64,000 nt of DNA. It comes from Squalus acanthias (lineage: Eukaryota). The stretch spans positions 558,001 to 622,000 of the forward strand of contig JASTWF010000048.1 of the NCBI GenBank assembly GCA_030390025.1, given 5' to 3'. Under the pieces are notes generated by a model. The model did no database searches. It was not told the DNA's origin and worked only from the letters and a program-made list of their open reading frames with translations. The first letter of the stretch is position 1, and the number at the start of each line of letters is the position of its first letter. The translations under genes were made by a program, and so were the position numbers. Below, piece after piece: positions 50,520 through 63,326 of the stretch.

Positions 50520-52180
50520 CACAGCGATTCAAACATGCGCAGAGCCGGTTCCAAAACTAAATGTAACACCGAACATAAAGATGCCGGGACTCCCAGACCT
50601 ATTGTCGCTCGCTTAACGCGCACGACATTGCTCTGTCCGCTATGATAATGTTCATTTGTGTCAAACCAGTTAATTCCTTCCTGAAAACAGACGATAGGAT
50701 ATCATTATACTTGGGGGATACGAATTTGCCTTTACCAAAGCGGCTGTCATTTCATTTCAATCATCTTCTATCAGGCACCACTAGGGGGAGCTCTGGTATA
50801 ACAAGAGGAAGCCTGCATTGAAACTTGCAGACTCACAGCAATCGAGGAACAGGAGTAGACCAGTTAGCCCCTCGAGCCTGTTACATAGCAATAGGAGTAG
50901 AACAGCTAGACCTCGAGCCTGTTACACAGGAATAGTAGACCAGTTAGCCCCTCGAGCCTGTTCCGCTATTCAATTCGATCATGGCTGATCTGTATCTTAA
51001 CTGCACCTCCTCGACTTTGTTTCATGACCTTAATAACTTTGCCGAACAAAAATCTATTAATATCATTTTTGACATTTTCAATTGACACCCAGCCTCAACA
51101 GCTGCTTGGGGGAGACCGTTTCAGATTTCCACCACCCTTTGTCTGAATAAGTGCTTCCTGACATCATCCCTGGACAGCCGAGCTCTAAGTTTAAGACTAT
51201 ATTCCCTTTTTCTGGACATTCCCGTCGGAGGAAATAATTTCTCTCTATCTGCGCATTCAAATCCTGTTTATCAAACATAAAAACCCCAAGTTTTTATGCG
51301 AAAGTTAGTTGAAGGTGCAAAGGCTATAGTGCAGAATAGCGCTAGTATAAAAAATATGAGAAAGTGTGAGCTAAATTAACATTATTTTTATTTTTATTCA
51401 TTCTCGGGATATGGACGTCGCTGGCAAAATTTATTGCCCATCCCTAGTTGCCCCTTGAGAAGGTGGTGGTAGGCCTTCTCTTGAACTCCTGCAATCCCGT
51501 GTGGTGAAGGTGCCCCCAGAGCGCTGTTCGGCAGGTTGTTCCATGATTTTAACCCAGCTTCTCTGAAGGAAAGGCCGATTTATGTCCAAATTGGGATGGA
51601 GTGTGTGTGACCTGGAGGGGGACTTGGAGTTGATGGTGTTTCCAAGGGACCTGCTGTCGTTTTGGGTTATTAAAGCTTAGACACTGATTTCTAAATCTCG
51701 GGGAACCCCACAGTAGAAGTCCCTCTGGACCAAACCACTTGCATTCAGGCATAGAGATTACACCAGGGAAACGGGCCGGTCCAACGAGCCACCGCAAGTA
51801 ATTTACCCGCCACGTCAAAAAATGGTTCGCATCACATTTACTTACCCTCTTTCTGCATCCTATAAAGACGTGGAAGGGATCCATAACAGGACAGACCGCT
51901 CGACCTCGACCTTCATTCACAACAATCGTCTAGCCAACTGAGCCAGTTGCCCAACTCGCCCCATCGACCACCAGTCAGACACATACAATGACAGACGGCA
52001 GGGACCGAAACTAGTTCCTTTCTCATTCTTCTTTCGACCAGGCCGTCTGAATATTATGTCATACAAGAAGTGACGGTACAGAATTGAACCCTACTTCTCG
52101 TGATGTCATTTCCGGCTGTCGGTTTTAAATTCTGCTGCCTGAAATTTGTCCAATATCGAATTCAGCCCCCAGCCTGTAGG

Positions 52181-53118
52181 ATGCAGTTACACATTCTCTT
52201 CATTATCCTCTCGCCGCTGTTTCCATGTACGTATTCTCCGTTTATAACGATACTGGCGCTAAAATATATTTTCTGTTTTCATTCACTACTAACTCTGTCA
52301 ATGGTATTCTCATGCCGTCGCATTACTTACTAACTGTTACTTAAACTGCGTACTTTAACTTGATAACAGAACGGAATATGATTGTGAATAATTTTGGCTT
52401 TATGAAATTCAATATTAAATAGTTTTATTACCTATATTTTCGTAACTCGAATAAATAATTGTCTTTTTAACGGTAAATTGCCCCTAATTCTATGTCAATT
52501 TACCTGTCTGAAATCGCTCGGCAAATCTATATCTATCTCNNNNNNNNNNNNNNNNNNNNNNNNNNNNNNNNNNNNNNNNNNNNNNNNNNNNNNNNNNNNN
52601 NNNNNNNNNNNNNNNNNNNNNNNNNNNNNNNNNNNNNNNNNNNNNNNNNNNNNNNNNNNNNNNNNNNNNNNNNNNNNNNNNNNNNNNNNNNNNNNNNNNN
52701 NNNNNNNNNNNNNNNNNNNNNNNNNNNNNNNNNNNNNNNNNNNNNNNNNNNNNNNTCTATTTATCGCATGTTACATGATGCACTGAACTATGGAAACGTT
52801 CTCCTTATTTTTTAAGCTAAAACATTAGCAGAGGTGATACACCAATGGCCAAGTTCGGTGGCGGTGAATAAAGGTGAACCAGTAGAATTAAACTGTTACC
52901 AGAACGACAGCAGCAAGATTGTCATGCTGTGGTATCGGCAGTACGCCGGTCAGAGCCTTAACCTAATAGGCTATTCTCGTACTGGAATTCCAGCCACTTT
53001 GGAAGAAAACTTTGAGAAGGAGATCGAGATTGTAAGGCCCGAGGAGAAAAAGTGCACCCTGAAGATCTTCAAGGTGAAGGCTGCGGATAGAGCCGTGTAT
53101 TACTGTGCAGCCAGTGAG
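52181..53118 (+). CDS. TRBV: TCR beta V segment V13 (leader 52181-52226, V exon 52817-53118); open; paralogue of V3
   Basis: Leader MQLHILFIILSPLFP|gtacgt; LNCYQN..WYRQ..DRAVYYCAASE. Confidence 0.92.
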
Positions 53119-53157
53119 CACAGCGCTGCAGACTGCGCGAGTGCCAGTACAAAAACC
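53119..53157 (+). other. 23-RSS of V13
   Basis: CACAGCG-23-ACAAAAACC. Confidence 0.95.
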
Positions 53158-53849
53158 AGCAGAGTGAACAACACAACTCACTGAATAAAAGAGCTGTGAC
53201 AATGGCTAATGTCTGCTCCCTTCACCGGCCATTTCCACCTGGTTACACACGATTCTTGCACGTTTAACAAGGGCAGAATGACAGGAAATAAGAGAATTTG
53301 CGAGGAAATGAGAGACAGAAAGAAAGAAACAATGAAAGTAGGAAAGAAAGAAGGACAGAAGGACAGAAAGAAGGAAAGAAAGGAAGAAAGACAGGTGTCT
53401 TAGAACCCCTGAAATATGCGATTCAATATCTTTGTCTATGCTCTTTTCTTTCTGGCAATGAGGATATTAAAATTCAGTCGCTCTCAATGTTCTAGACTTG
53501 ATCAACTAAAACGGATATATAACGATCTAAATAATGCAATTCGTTAACGTCACCGCGATGAAGTGATATACAGGCCGTCAATTATTTAATAAAAGATAGT
53601 TGGCTCTAAAATATGTTCATTTTTTGGACAACAAACCTCATTAATATTATTCTAAACTTTTAATATTTTCACCCAGATGCGTGTTTGCAGAGTTTTACGT
53701 TGTATTTTACAGCTGCGTTTTCCCAGGTGCTTGTACGAAATTAGGAGCGAGCCTTAATTTCCATCAGTAATTCAGCGCAACTCCCACAACTATCGTCGCA
53801 AGTTTAACGGAAACGGTCCTTATTCTTTCCTCGTAATTCCTGTTTCCAG

Positions 53850-54180
53850 TTAGTTCATCGACCGATGTGGTGCATCAATGACTCATCGAGCGAGGATGTA
53901 CCGAACTGAACTGTGAGCAGAACAGAACGCTTCGCAATAACATGCCGTGTTATCGTCAGCCCGCCGGCTAATCGTGTTAATCAGATCCATTCATTGATGA
54001 CGTGAAGCTCAGTATCTTCAGGGTTTTATGAGCGGGTTTGCTACTACGAGGACTAGGGAGAATAAGAAATCCTCCCTGATGATCGAAAGCGTAAAATACA
54101 CGGATGTGGCGGTGTATTTCTGTGCAGCTGCTGATGGGATATCGTGCTTCAGAGTCAGGTGGCACTCAGAAAAATGACCT
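53850..54180 (+). pseudogene. Decayed V relic, paralogue of 12546-12872
   Basis: NCEQNRTLRNNMPCYRQPAG and TDVAVYFCAAAD fragments; degenerate RSS TATCGTG-23-AAAAATGAC. Confidence 0.65.
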
Positions 54181-54229
54181 CACACAACATGCTCTAAAAC
54201 TCCTGTTAATTTACAGGGAACAGCGTCCC

Positions 54230-55340
54230 GTGCACAGTTCTGGACTCCATATAGCTTGGTTAGATCATACTTGGAGCACTGTGCACAATTCTGGTCTCCA
54301 TATCCATTGGTTAGATCACACTTGGAGCACTGTGCACAGTTCTGGTCTCCATATACCTTGGTTAGATCACACTTGGAGCACCGTGTACAGTTCTGGACTC
54401 CATATAGCTTGGTTAGATCACACTTGGAGCACTGTGCACAGTTATGGTCTCCATATACCTTGGTTAGATCAGACGTGGAGCACTGTGCACAGTTCTGGTC
54501 ACCATATACCTTGGTTAGACCACACTTGGAGCACCGTGTACAGTTATGGTCTCCATATACCTTGGTTAGATCACACTTGGAGCACTGTGCAGAGTTCTGG
54601 TCTCCATATACCTTTGTTAGACAATACTTGGCGCTCTGTGCACAGTTATGGTCAGCATATACCTTGGTTAGACCACACCTGGAGCACCGTGTACAGTTCT
54701 GGTCTCCATATACCTTGGTAGAACACACTTGGAGCACTGTGCACAGTCTGGTATCCATATATCTCAGTTAGACCACATGTGGAGCACTGTCCTCAGTACT
54801 GGTCTCCATATGCCTTGGTTAAACCACATTTGGAGCACTGAGTACTGTTCTTGTCTACATATACCTTGGTTAGATCACTCTTGGACTATTGTGCACAGTT
54901 CCGGCCTCCAATTGCCATGGTAAGACCACTCTTGGAGCTTTGTGCTCTGTTCTGGTCTCCATATAGCTTGGTTAAACCACACATGGAGCACTGTGCACAG
55001 TTATGGTCTCCATATACCTTGGTTAGACCACTTATGGAACACTGTGCACAGTTCTGGTCTCAATTTACCTTGGTTAGACCACACTTGGAGTACTGTGCAC
55101 ATTTCTGGTCTCCATATACCTTGGCTAGATCACACTTGGCGCACTGTGTACAGTTCCGGTCTCCACCTACCTTGGTAGACCACACTTGGAGCACTGTGCA
55201 TAGTTCTGGTCTCCATATACCTTGGTTAGACCACACTTGGAGCACTGTGCACAGTTCTGGTCTCCATATACCTTGGTTAGACTACACTTGGAGCATTTTA
55301 CACATTACTGGTCTCCATATACCTTGGTTAGACCTCACTT
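54230..55340 (+). repeat. 51-bp CR1-derived minisatellite (~22 units)
   Basis: TTGGTTAGACCACACTTGGAGCACTGTGCACAGTTCTGGTCTCCATATACC, encoding LVRPHLEHCAQFWSPYT. Confidence 0.92.
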
Positions 55341-56429
55341 TAAGAGTACGCTGTGGTTATATCTACCACCAATGAATAAACAGGCTGGGGTTCTTTACTC
55401 TAGAATGAGAAGACTGAAGGATGATTAATAGAGGGCGTTAAAATTATGAAATGTTTGAAAGGTTAGACCAGGAGAAGATGTTTTCACTTGTGGGGGAAAC
55501 CAAATCAAGGGGCAATATAATAGTCACTAACAAATCCAAAAAGGAATTCAGGAAACACTTCTTTACACAGAGTGTGTGGAACTCGGGTACCGCGGGGAAT
55601 GGTTGAGGTAAATAGCAAAGATGCTCTTAAGGGGAAGCTTGATAAACATACGAGGTGAAAGGAAATGAAGGATATGCTGAAAGGGTGAGACGAAGAGAGG
55701 TGGGAGGAGGGTCGTGTGGAGCACAAACACCTGCACAGATGAATTCGGCCGAATGCCTGATTATGTACTGGACATTCTATTTAAATCAATGTTGCAAATG
55801 TAAGTATCTGAAGCAGAGGAGAAAGTTGGAAGGCGGATCTATTTCAAGAACAGTCTTGAAAAGGCTTACGCACACGGTTGCACTGGGAAAAATCCCCAAG
55901 TCCCAGGTGCTGGTGTTGCACGTTCTGGCCACTACTTGGCGGTGTTGCGCCATTGAAGCCAACGCCACATTCTGATTTGGCACCGAATGATCAATGCCGC
56001 AGCAGAACTAAAATTCCCCTTAATGGTTCAATCCGCTGTTTCTGGATCCTTTCCAATTCCCGACAATGAAAGAAATAAACAGGAGAGAGAAAGAAAGAGA
56101 GAGAGAAAGAATAAGAGAGCGAGAGNNNNNNNNNNNNNNNNNNNNNNNNNNNNNNNNNNNNNNNNNNNNNNNNNNNNNNNNNNNNNNNNNNNNNNNNNNN
56201 NNNNNNNNNNNNNNNNNNNNNNNNNNNNNNNNNNNNNNNNNNNNNNNNNNNNNNNTTAATTCAAGCGCCATCGAAATCAGTTGCTAAATTCTCTGGCCCA
56301 GTATTAATTTTTTCTGTGTATTGTGTTGAGTTAATGTAGAGGCGGTTGCAACTGTTTGATGCGGCTTCCGGCCCTGACGCTGTGCTAATGAAACTGACCT
56401 GAATTTAAGACTGATCCTGGTCTGGCCCG

Positions 56430-58375
56430 TAATTACCAGGGAAACTACCCTGGTGCTCATGACATTAGAAGAAGATATCAAAATGGATATAAATACATTT
56501 AAGATAGAAAGGGGGGAGATACTTGACAAACTATTCAAATTTAGAGAGGGTAAAACCCCTGCATCTGCGCAAACATAAAGACGTTGGGGAAAAGATAGCA
56601 GAGCTACTATTACATTTTTATAAAAATTCATTAGAAAAGTGAATAGTGCCAGAGGACTGGCGGGCAGCCAATGTAATTGCTTTATTTAGAAAGGGAGATA
56701 AAACAAGTCCAGGTAACTGCAGCTCAATTAGCTTAACGTCGGTGCCAGGTAAGACAATGGAATCCTTGCTCAAAGGTCTCATAAAAAAAATTAGAAACGG
56801 AAAAAAAATATAGAGCAGCTAAGAATCTATAATAAAGAAGATTACAACAGGGAAGGTCATGCTTCACCAACCTTATTGAATTCTTTGAAGAAGTAACCGA
56901 AAGGGTAGCTATGGGTCATGATGTAGCTGTAAGCTATTTGGATTTCCAAACAGCCTTCGACTATGAATCTCATATTAGACTCATGACTAAGGTCAGAACA
57001 TTTGGAGTCAGGGGACAAGTAGCAGAATGCAGAGCAAGCTGGCTACAAACAAAAAACAGAGATTTGGGATTAAAGTTAGTTACTCAGATTGGCAAATGGC
57101 GAAATGTGGTGTTCCACAAGGATCGGTGCTGGGACCACAGTTAGTCACCATTTACATAAACGATTTGCACTCGGGAATCGGAAGTCCAATTTTAAAATTT
57201 GCGAATGACACCAAATTGGGGGATGTAGTTAATAGAGAGGAGGACTGCAACAAATACAGGAAGACATTAATACACTTGCAGAATGGGCTTGTAATTGGCA
57301 AATGAACTTCAATATAGAGAGGTTCGAGGTAATAAATTTTGGTAGGAAGAATAAGGAAGCCACACACTCCTGAGAAAATAAGCGTCTAAATAGGGTAGAG
57401 GAACAGCGGGATCTGGTCGCACAGACACACAGATCACTAAAAGTAGCGACACAGGTTAATAAGCTCATAAAAAAGCAAACAAAACACTGGGGTTCATTTC
57501 TACAGGGATAGAATTTAAATGCAGAGAAGTTATGTGAAAATTGAATAGAAACTTGGTTAGACCACACTTGGAATACAGTGAACAGTTCTGGTCTCTGTGT
57601 TATATATAGCATATAGAGACACTGGAGAAGGTGAAAAATATATTTATTAGAATGATATCAGAACTGAGAGCTTATACCTATCAGGAAAGATTGGACATGC
57701 TGGGTCACTTTTCTCTAGAAACGAGAAGACTGAGGGGTTACCTGATAGAGATCGTTAAGATTATGAAAGGGATTGATGGGGTAGAGATAGAGAAGATGTT
57801 TCCACTTGCAGGGGAGACCAGCACTATGGCCCATAAATATAAGATAGTCGCTAATAGATCCAATAGGAAATTCAGGAGAACCTTATTTACCTAGAGATTG
57901 GTTAGAATGTGGAATTCGCTGCCACAGGGAGTAATCGAGCTGAATAGCGTAGACACTTTCAAGGGGAAGCAAGATAAGCACAAGGAGCAGGATTTTAAAC
58001 ATACACAATTATTTCAGGGCTTAACAGGTTAAATGCAGGGAGGATGTTTCCCCTGGCAGGGAAGTTTGAACCAGGGGTCACAGTCTCAGAATAAGGGGTC
58101 GGCCATTTAGATCTGAGATGGGGAGAAATTTCTTCACGCAGAGGGTGGTGAATCTTTGGAATTCTCTACCCCAGAGGTCTGTGGATACTCAGTTGTTGAG
58201 TATATTCAAGACAGAGATCGATATATTTTAAAATATTAAAGTAATCCAGGTATATGGGGATAGTGCAGGAAAGTGGAGATGAGGCAGATGATCAGCCATG
58301 ATCTTATTGAATGGCGGAGTAGGCTTGAAGGGCCAAATGGCCTACTCCTGCTCCTATTTCTTATGTTCTTATGAA
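56430..58375 (+). mobile_element. Decayed CR1 ORF2 fragment, paralogue of 14250-16210
   Basis: YLDFQTAFD; GVPQGSVLGP; KFANDTK. Confidence 0.85.
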
Positions 58376-59087
58376 TAGAACGGTATGTTGATGGGGTCAG
58401 GTGAAGGGGGTTGGGAGTTGGCTCGTGTGCAGCATAAACACCGGCATGGACCTGTTGAGCCAAATTTCCTGCTTCTGTGCTGTAAATACCTAGTGATACT
58501 TTGTTTGAAAAAACAGCACCCACCGGAGTGCATCTCACCGCCACAATGCTTTACAACATTCTCGAACTTGCTGCTTTATTTCTGGTGCTGTGCAAGAATT
58601 TAATTTAGCAACAACGTTCTGACAACAACGTTCGATTTGTTTTAATGATTAAACATTGAGAAACAATTTTTCCAACCCCAGATGAATTATTGTATCCAAA
58701 CACATCTTAGAAAGGCTTTCAAGGCCTCAAAGAGGGTTCCGAAGAGATGTTCCAGAATGTTACCAGGATCGAGGGATATCAGTTGTGTGGCGAGATCAGA
58801 GAAGCTGGTATTGTTCTCCTTTGAGCAGATAAGGTGAAGGGGCGATTTATCAGAATGTTACCAGGTTTGAGCGACATCGTTAGAGAACAGAAACCGGGAG
58901 GGGCGGGGTGGGGGCGAGGGATCATCAGCTGTCAATCAGACTGCAAGAAGGAGTGGCTTGTAGTGAGCGGGCTGCAGATGTCAATCAAACAGAACTGCAG
59001 TTCGATAAAACCGCGACGCAGCTGCCGGGAGAGCAGATTCTTGTTATAAAATCTCGCTCATTTCTCTTGTGCCAACTATTAAGCACA

Positions 59088-59515
59088 ATGCATGTAATCT
59101 GGTGTCTGGTGTCTGCGCTGCTGCTGCACAGTAAGTCAGCCTCTGCAATGCCAATGCTCAGTCGGGCTCCGAATGTGAGCGCCTCCTGTAGTTTAATCCA
59201 ATTTTTCTCCTATTCGCAGGTGTAGCTAGCGGAAATGTTCAGCAAATTCCGCCTGTAATCTCCAAATCCCTGCAATCCCCATTGCAGATCCGCTGTTATG
59301 CAGAGGGCTCCGTCGGTACAGTGTTTTCCTGGTACCGCCAGCTCCCAGCCGGAGAGCTGTTGTTCATCTTCAACTCTCGAAATACCGTGCGCATCGACCC
59401 GGCGGGAGAGGTGGACGGCTTCACCGCCTCTCGACCCGACGGCTCCACCTTCCACCTGCAAACGGCCAGCCTGCGAGCGAACCACTCGGGGGTGTATTAA
59501 TGCGCCTGGCGACTC
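59088..59515 (+). pseudogene. TCR V pseudogene V14 (leader 59088-59130, V exon 59220-59515); paralogue of V4
   Basis: Open until TAA at 59498-59500 (Y-stop-CAWR); heptamer CATAGTG; spacer/nonamer largely deleted. Confidence 0.88.
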
Positions 59516-62500
59516 CATAGTGACACAAGGAACTCGGTGCAGCAGAGAACGAGCCTGAGGACCGCAACAGTCGCTGCATTGCTGGGTGAGGTGTTCAGCC
59601 CGAGGGGTAGAGAGGGTGTGGGGGGGGGGGGGGGGGGGTGGTGGGATCGAGACGCGACAGCATTGTTTAGAAACAGAGTAAAGCCCATGATACACTGTTG
59701 TGATGCATAATGAAGATTCTCATTCACTGATTAGATACAGAGTAAAGACCCCCACTCACTGATGAGACACAGAGTAAAGATCCTCACTCACTGATTAGAT
59801 ACAGAGTAAAGACCCTCACTCACTGATTAGATACAGAGTAAAGACCCTCACTCACTGATTGGATACAGAGTAGAGAACCTCACTCACTGATTAGATACGG
59901 AGTAAAGACCCTCACTCACTGTTTAGATAGAGTAAAGACCCTCATTNNNNNNNNNNNNNNNNNNNNNNNNNNNNNNNNNNNNNNNNNNNNNNNNNNNNNN
60001 NNNNNNNNNNNNNNNNNNNNNNNNNNNNNNNNNNNNNNNNNNNNNNNNNNNNNNNNNNNNNNNNNNNNNNNNNNNNNNNNNNNNNNNNNNNNNNNNNNNN
60101 NNNNNNNNNNNNNNACTATATGTCTTTCTAAATGTCTGTATACCTCTCTGACTATCTCTCTATTTCTCTTTCTATCTATCTGTTTATCAATCTGTCTATC
60201 TGTCTGTCTATCTGTCTGTCCATCTGTCTGTCTTCCTGTTGATCTGTTTATCTGTTTATCTTTGAATGATTACAATTTGTTATTTATTAATTATAAAATG
60301 CTATATCGATGTATCCAATGCCCTTTTTTTCACAAATTATCTACATTTAAACAGCAGATTATTCGGTAGTGTAAATTGGTTAACGTCAGTGGTGAATGAT
60401 TGGATGGTGGAGTAGGTGCAGGAGATACCCGTACCTTCCGATATGCCACTGAATTATTCCTGTTATTTCCGCTATTGCAATTGCGACGAGAGAGGCGCTC
60501 CTTATCACAGCATCATGGAATATTACTTCACAGAAGGAGGCCATTCGACCCATCCATCCTGTGCCGGCTCTCTGAAAAAGCTATCAAATTTGGTCCATTC
60601 CCCTGCCCTATCCCCTACAGACTTGCAAGTTTTCCCACAGGAAATATTTATCCAATTCCCTTCAGAAAGTTACTATTTAATCTGCTTGCACCACCCTTTC
60701 AGGATGAGCATTTGAGATCATAACAATCCGTTGTGGAGAAAAATTCGCCGCAAGTCGCCACTGGCTCTTGTACCAACTTCCTTATATCTGTGTACTCTGG
60801 ATTGACGCTTCTGCAAGTGGTACAATTTCTCCTTGTTTACCCGATCAAACCCCTTTGCTATCTTGAATAAGGGTTATGGTAGCACAGTGGTTATGTTACT
60901 GAGTTCATAATCCAGTAGTTCTGGACCAATATTGTAAAAACATGAGTTCAAATCTCACCACGGCAATTGGAGAATTTAAATTCAGTTAATTAAATGCATC
61001 TGGAATTAAAAATCTAGTATTGGCACTAAGGAAACCCATCTGGTTCAATTTATTTGCCACGTGCGGATCAAGAATGCATCTCACAACCAACTTTCTCAAG
61101 AGCAAAACGGGATGGGTAATAAATGACGATCTTGCCAGCGACGCCCACATGCCATGAATAAAAAAAATCTCCATTATATCTCCCATTAATAATCTCTGCT
61201 TTAAGGAGAACATTAGCAGCTTCCCTTGTCTCTCATAACTGACGTCCCTCATCCCTGGTACCATTCTGGTAAATCTTCACTGTGGCGAACAACCCCATAC
61301 ACATAGGATATAATTCATCTTAGAACCCTTAAACGTGTCACTTCTATCTAGGCGCCTTTTGACGTGTTTTTTCAAAGAAACTAGAAGTCCAGCCCAGCAA
61401 ATAATATAACCCTTTAATTCTCGTTGAGCACATGGGAACTGAAAGCTGCACTGCCTGAAAGAAGAGAAAAATTTGACCCAACAACGGTCCGCGTTTTATA
61501 GAATCATAGAATCCTAAAGCACAGAAGGAGGCCACTCGGTCAGTCCAGTCCGTGCCGGCTATTTGAAAGAGCGATCCAAATAGTCCCACACGAGTTTCCT
61601 CCCACCCACCTTAATCTCACTCTGTCAACATATCCTTCTGTTCCTTTCTCCCTCATGTATTTAGCTAGTATCCCTTTAAATGCATCTATGTTATTTCCCT
61701 CAACCACGCCTTGTGGTTGCGAGTTCCACGTTCTCACCACTCTCCGGGTAAAGTGGTTTCTCCTGAATTCCCTATTGGACTATTCCCAATTGTCTCTCTT
61801 ATATTTACGGCCCCTAGTTTTGGCCTCTCCTATCCAATTATTCCCACAGCCCTGTTCATTCCCCATAGCCCTGTTTTTATCCTCTTCTAGTTTATGTCCA
61901 ATTCCCTTGTGAAAGTTACCAATGGATCGGTCTCCAGCACCCTTTCAGGAAGTGTTTTCCCGATCATAAAATCTTGCTGCATGAAAAACTGTCTCCTCAT
62001 CTACCAGTTGGATTTTTTGCCAAATACCTTAAATCTGTGCCCTCTGGTCACCGACCCTTCCGGCAGAGGAATCAATTACTCCTTGTCTATTCTATCACAA
62101 CCGCTCTGAAATTTTAACACCTCTATTAACTCTCCCCATATCGTCTGTGATGTATAATTTTATGAAATTGCTAAACTACCTCCGTTTCAAGCTTCTCACC
62201 ATATATAGAAATACGCTGATATTGCCTTCTTCTGTCCCAAGTGGATGACGTCACACTTGCCCACAATGAATCCATCTGTCAATGTTTTGCTCACTCATTT
62301 AATCTCTCTCTGTCACCTTTGAAACAGACTGTCCCCGTCTGCTCTGCTCACTGCCAATCAGAGAGAGATGGGTCGGACTGTCAAACAGGGAGAGAGAGTC
62401 AGGGCTGCGAAACCGAGAGCGCGTTGCAGAGCTGTCATTCAGAGATGGGAGGGGCAGAGCTTTCAATCAGAGAGGGCGTGGACGAGCTGTCAATCAGAGC

Positions 62501-63277
62501 GGGGCGGGGCGGAGCGGTCAATCAGACAGTGGAGGGGCGGAGCTGTCAAACATATCGGTCGCTGCAGGGTTGTTAATCAGAGAGTGAGGGGTGGTGCTAT
62601 CAATCAGAGAGGGGGCTCATCTGTCAATCAGAGAGGGCGCGGCAGAGATCGCAATCAGAGAGTGAGGGGTGGCGCTATCAATCAAATTGGGTGACGTGTT
62701 TTCAGAGAGGGGTGGGGTGGTGATGTCACTCAGGGAGGGGAGGCGCGGAGCTGTCAATCACAGTGGGGACGGGCGGTGCTGTCAATCAGAGAGGGGAGTG
62801 GTACTGCTGTGAATCGTGACAGATGATTACATAGGATGAATGGCACAGAAACAAGCCATTCCTTCCAACCAGTCCATGCCGGCGTTTTTGCTCCCCACGA
62901 GCCCCCTCCCGTCTTTCCTCTTCTAAATCTATCAGCATAAACCACTATTTCCTTTTCCCTCATATGCTTGCCTTGCCTCCCCTTAAATGTACCCATAATA
63001 TTCGCTAAAACCACTCCCTGTGGAATCGGAGAAGGTAGGGGCGGTGCTGTCACTCGGAGAGGGCGGGGGCAGGGCTGTCAATCAGATAGGGCGAGACAGG
63101 CCTGTCAATCAGACAGTGATGGGTGGGATACTGTATATTCAGTATTTTCTTATGAATGATAGAGATTGTGCATTTTCACGCGGCAGTCTCGCCTTGCAAA
63201 CAACAGTCTCATAGCTCTGGTTTCTGGGCAGATTATTGGCCGTGAGAGCCCCGCTCTCAAACACTCTGTCCCGGACC

Positions 63278-63326
63278 ATGCGAACTTGCCTCCTGTCCTG
63301 CACTTTGCCGCTGTTCCTATTGGCGG
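63278..63326 (+). CDS. Leader exon of V15 (paralogue of V5); V exon expected just beyond the window
   Basis: MRTCLLSCTLPLFLLA|gtaagt, preceded by the CTGTCAATCA array (~62350-63115). Confidence 0.8.
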
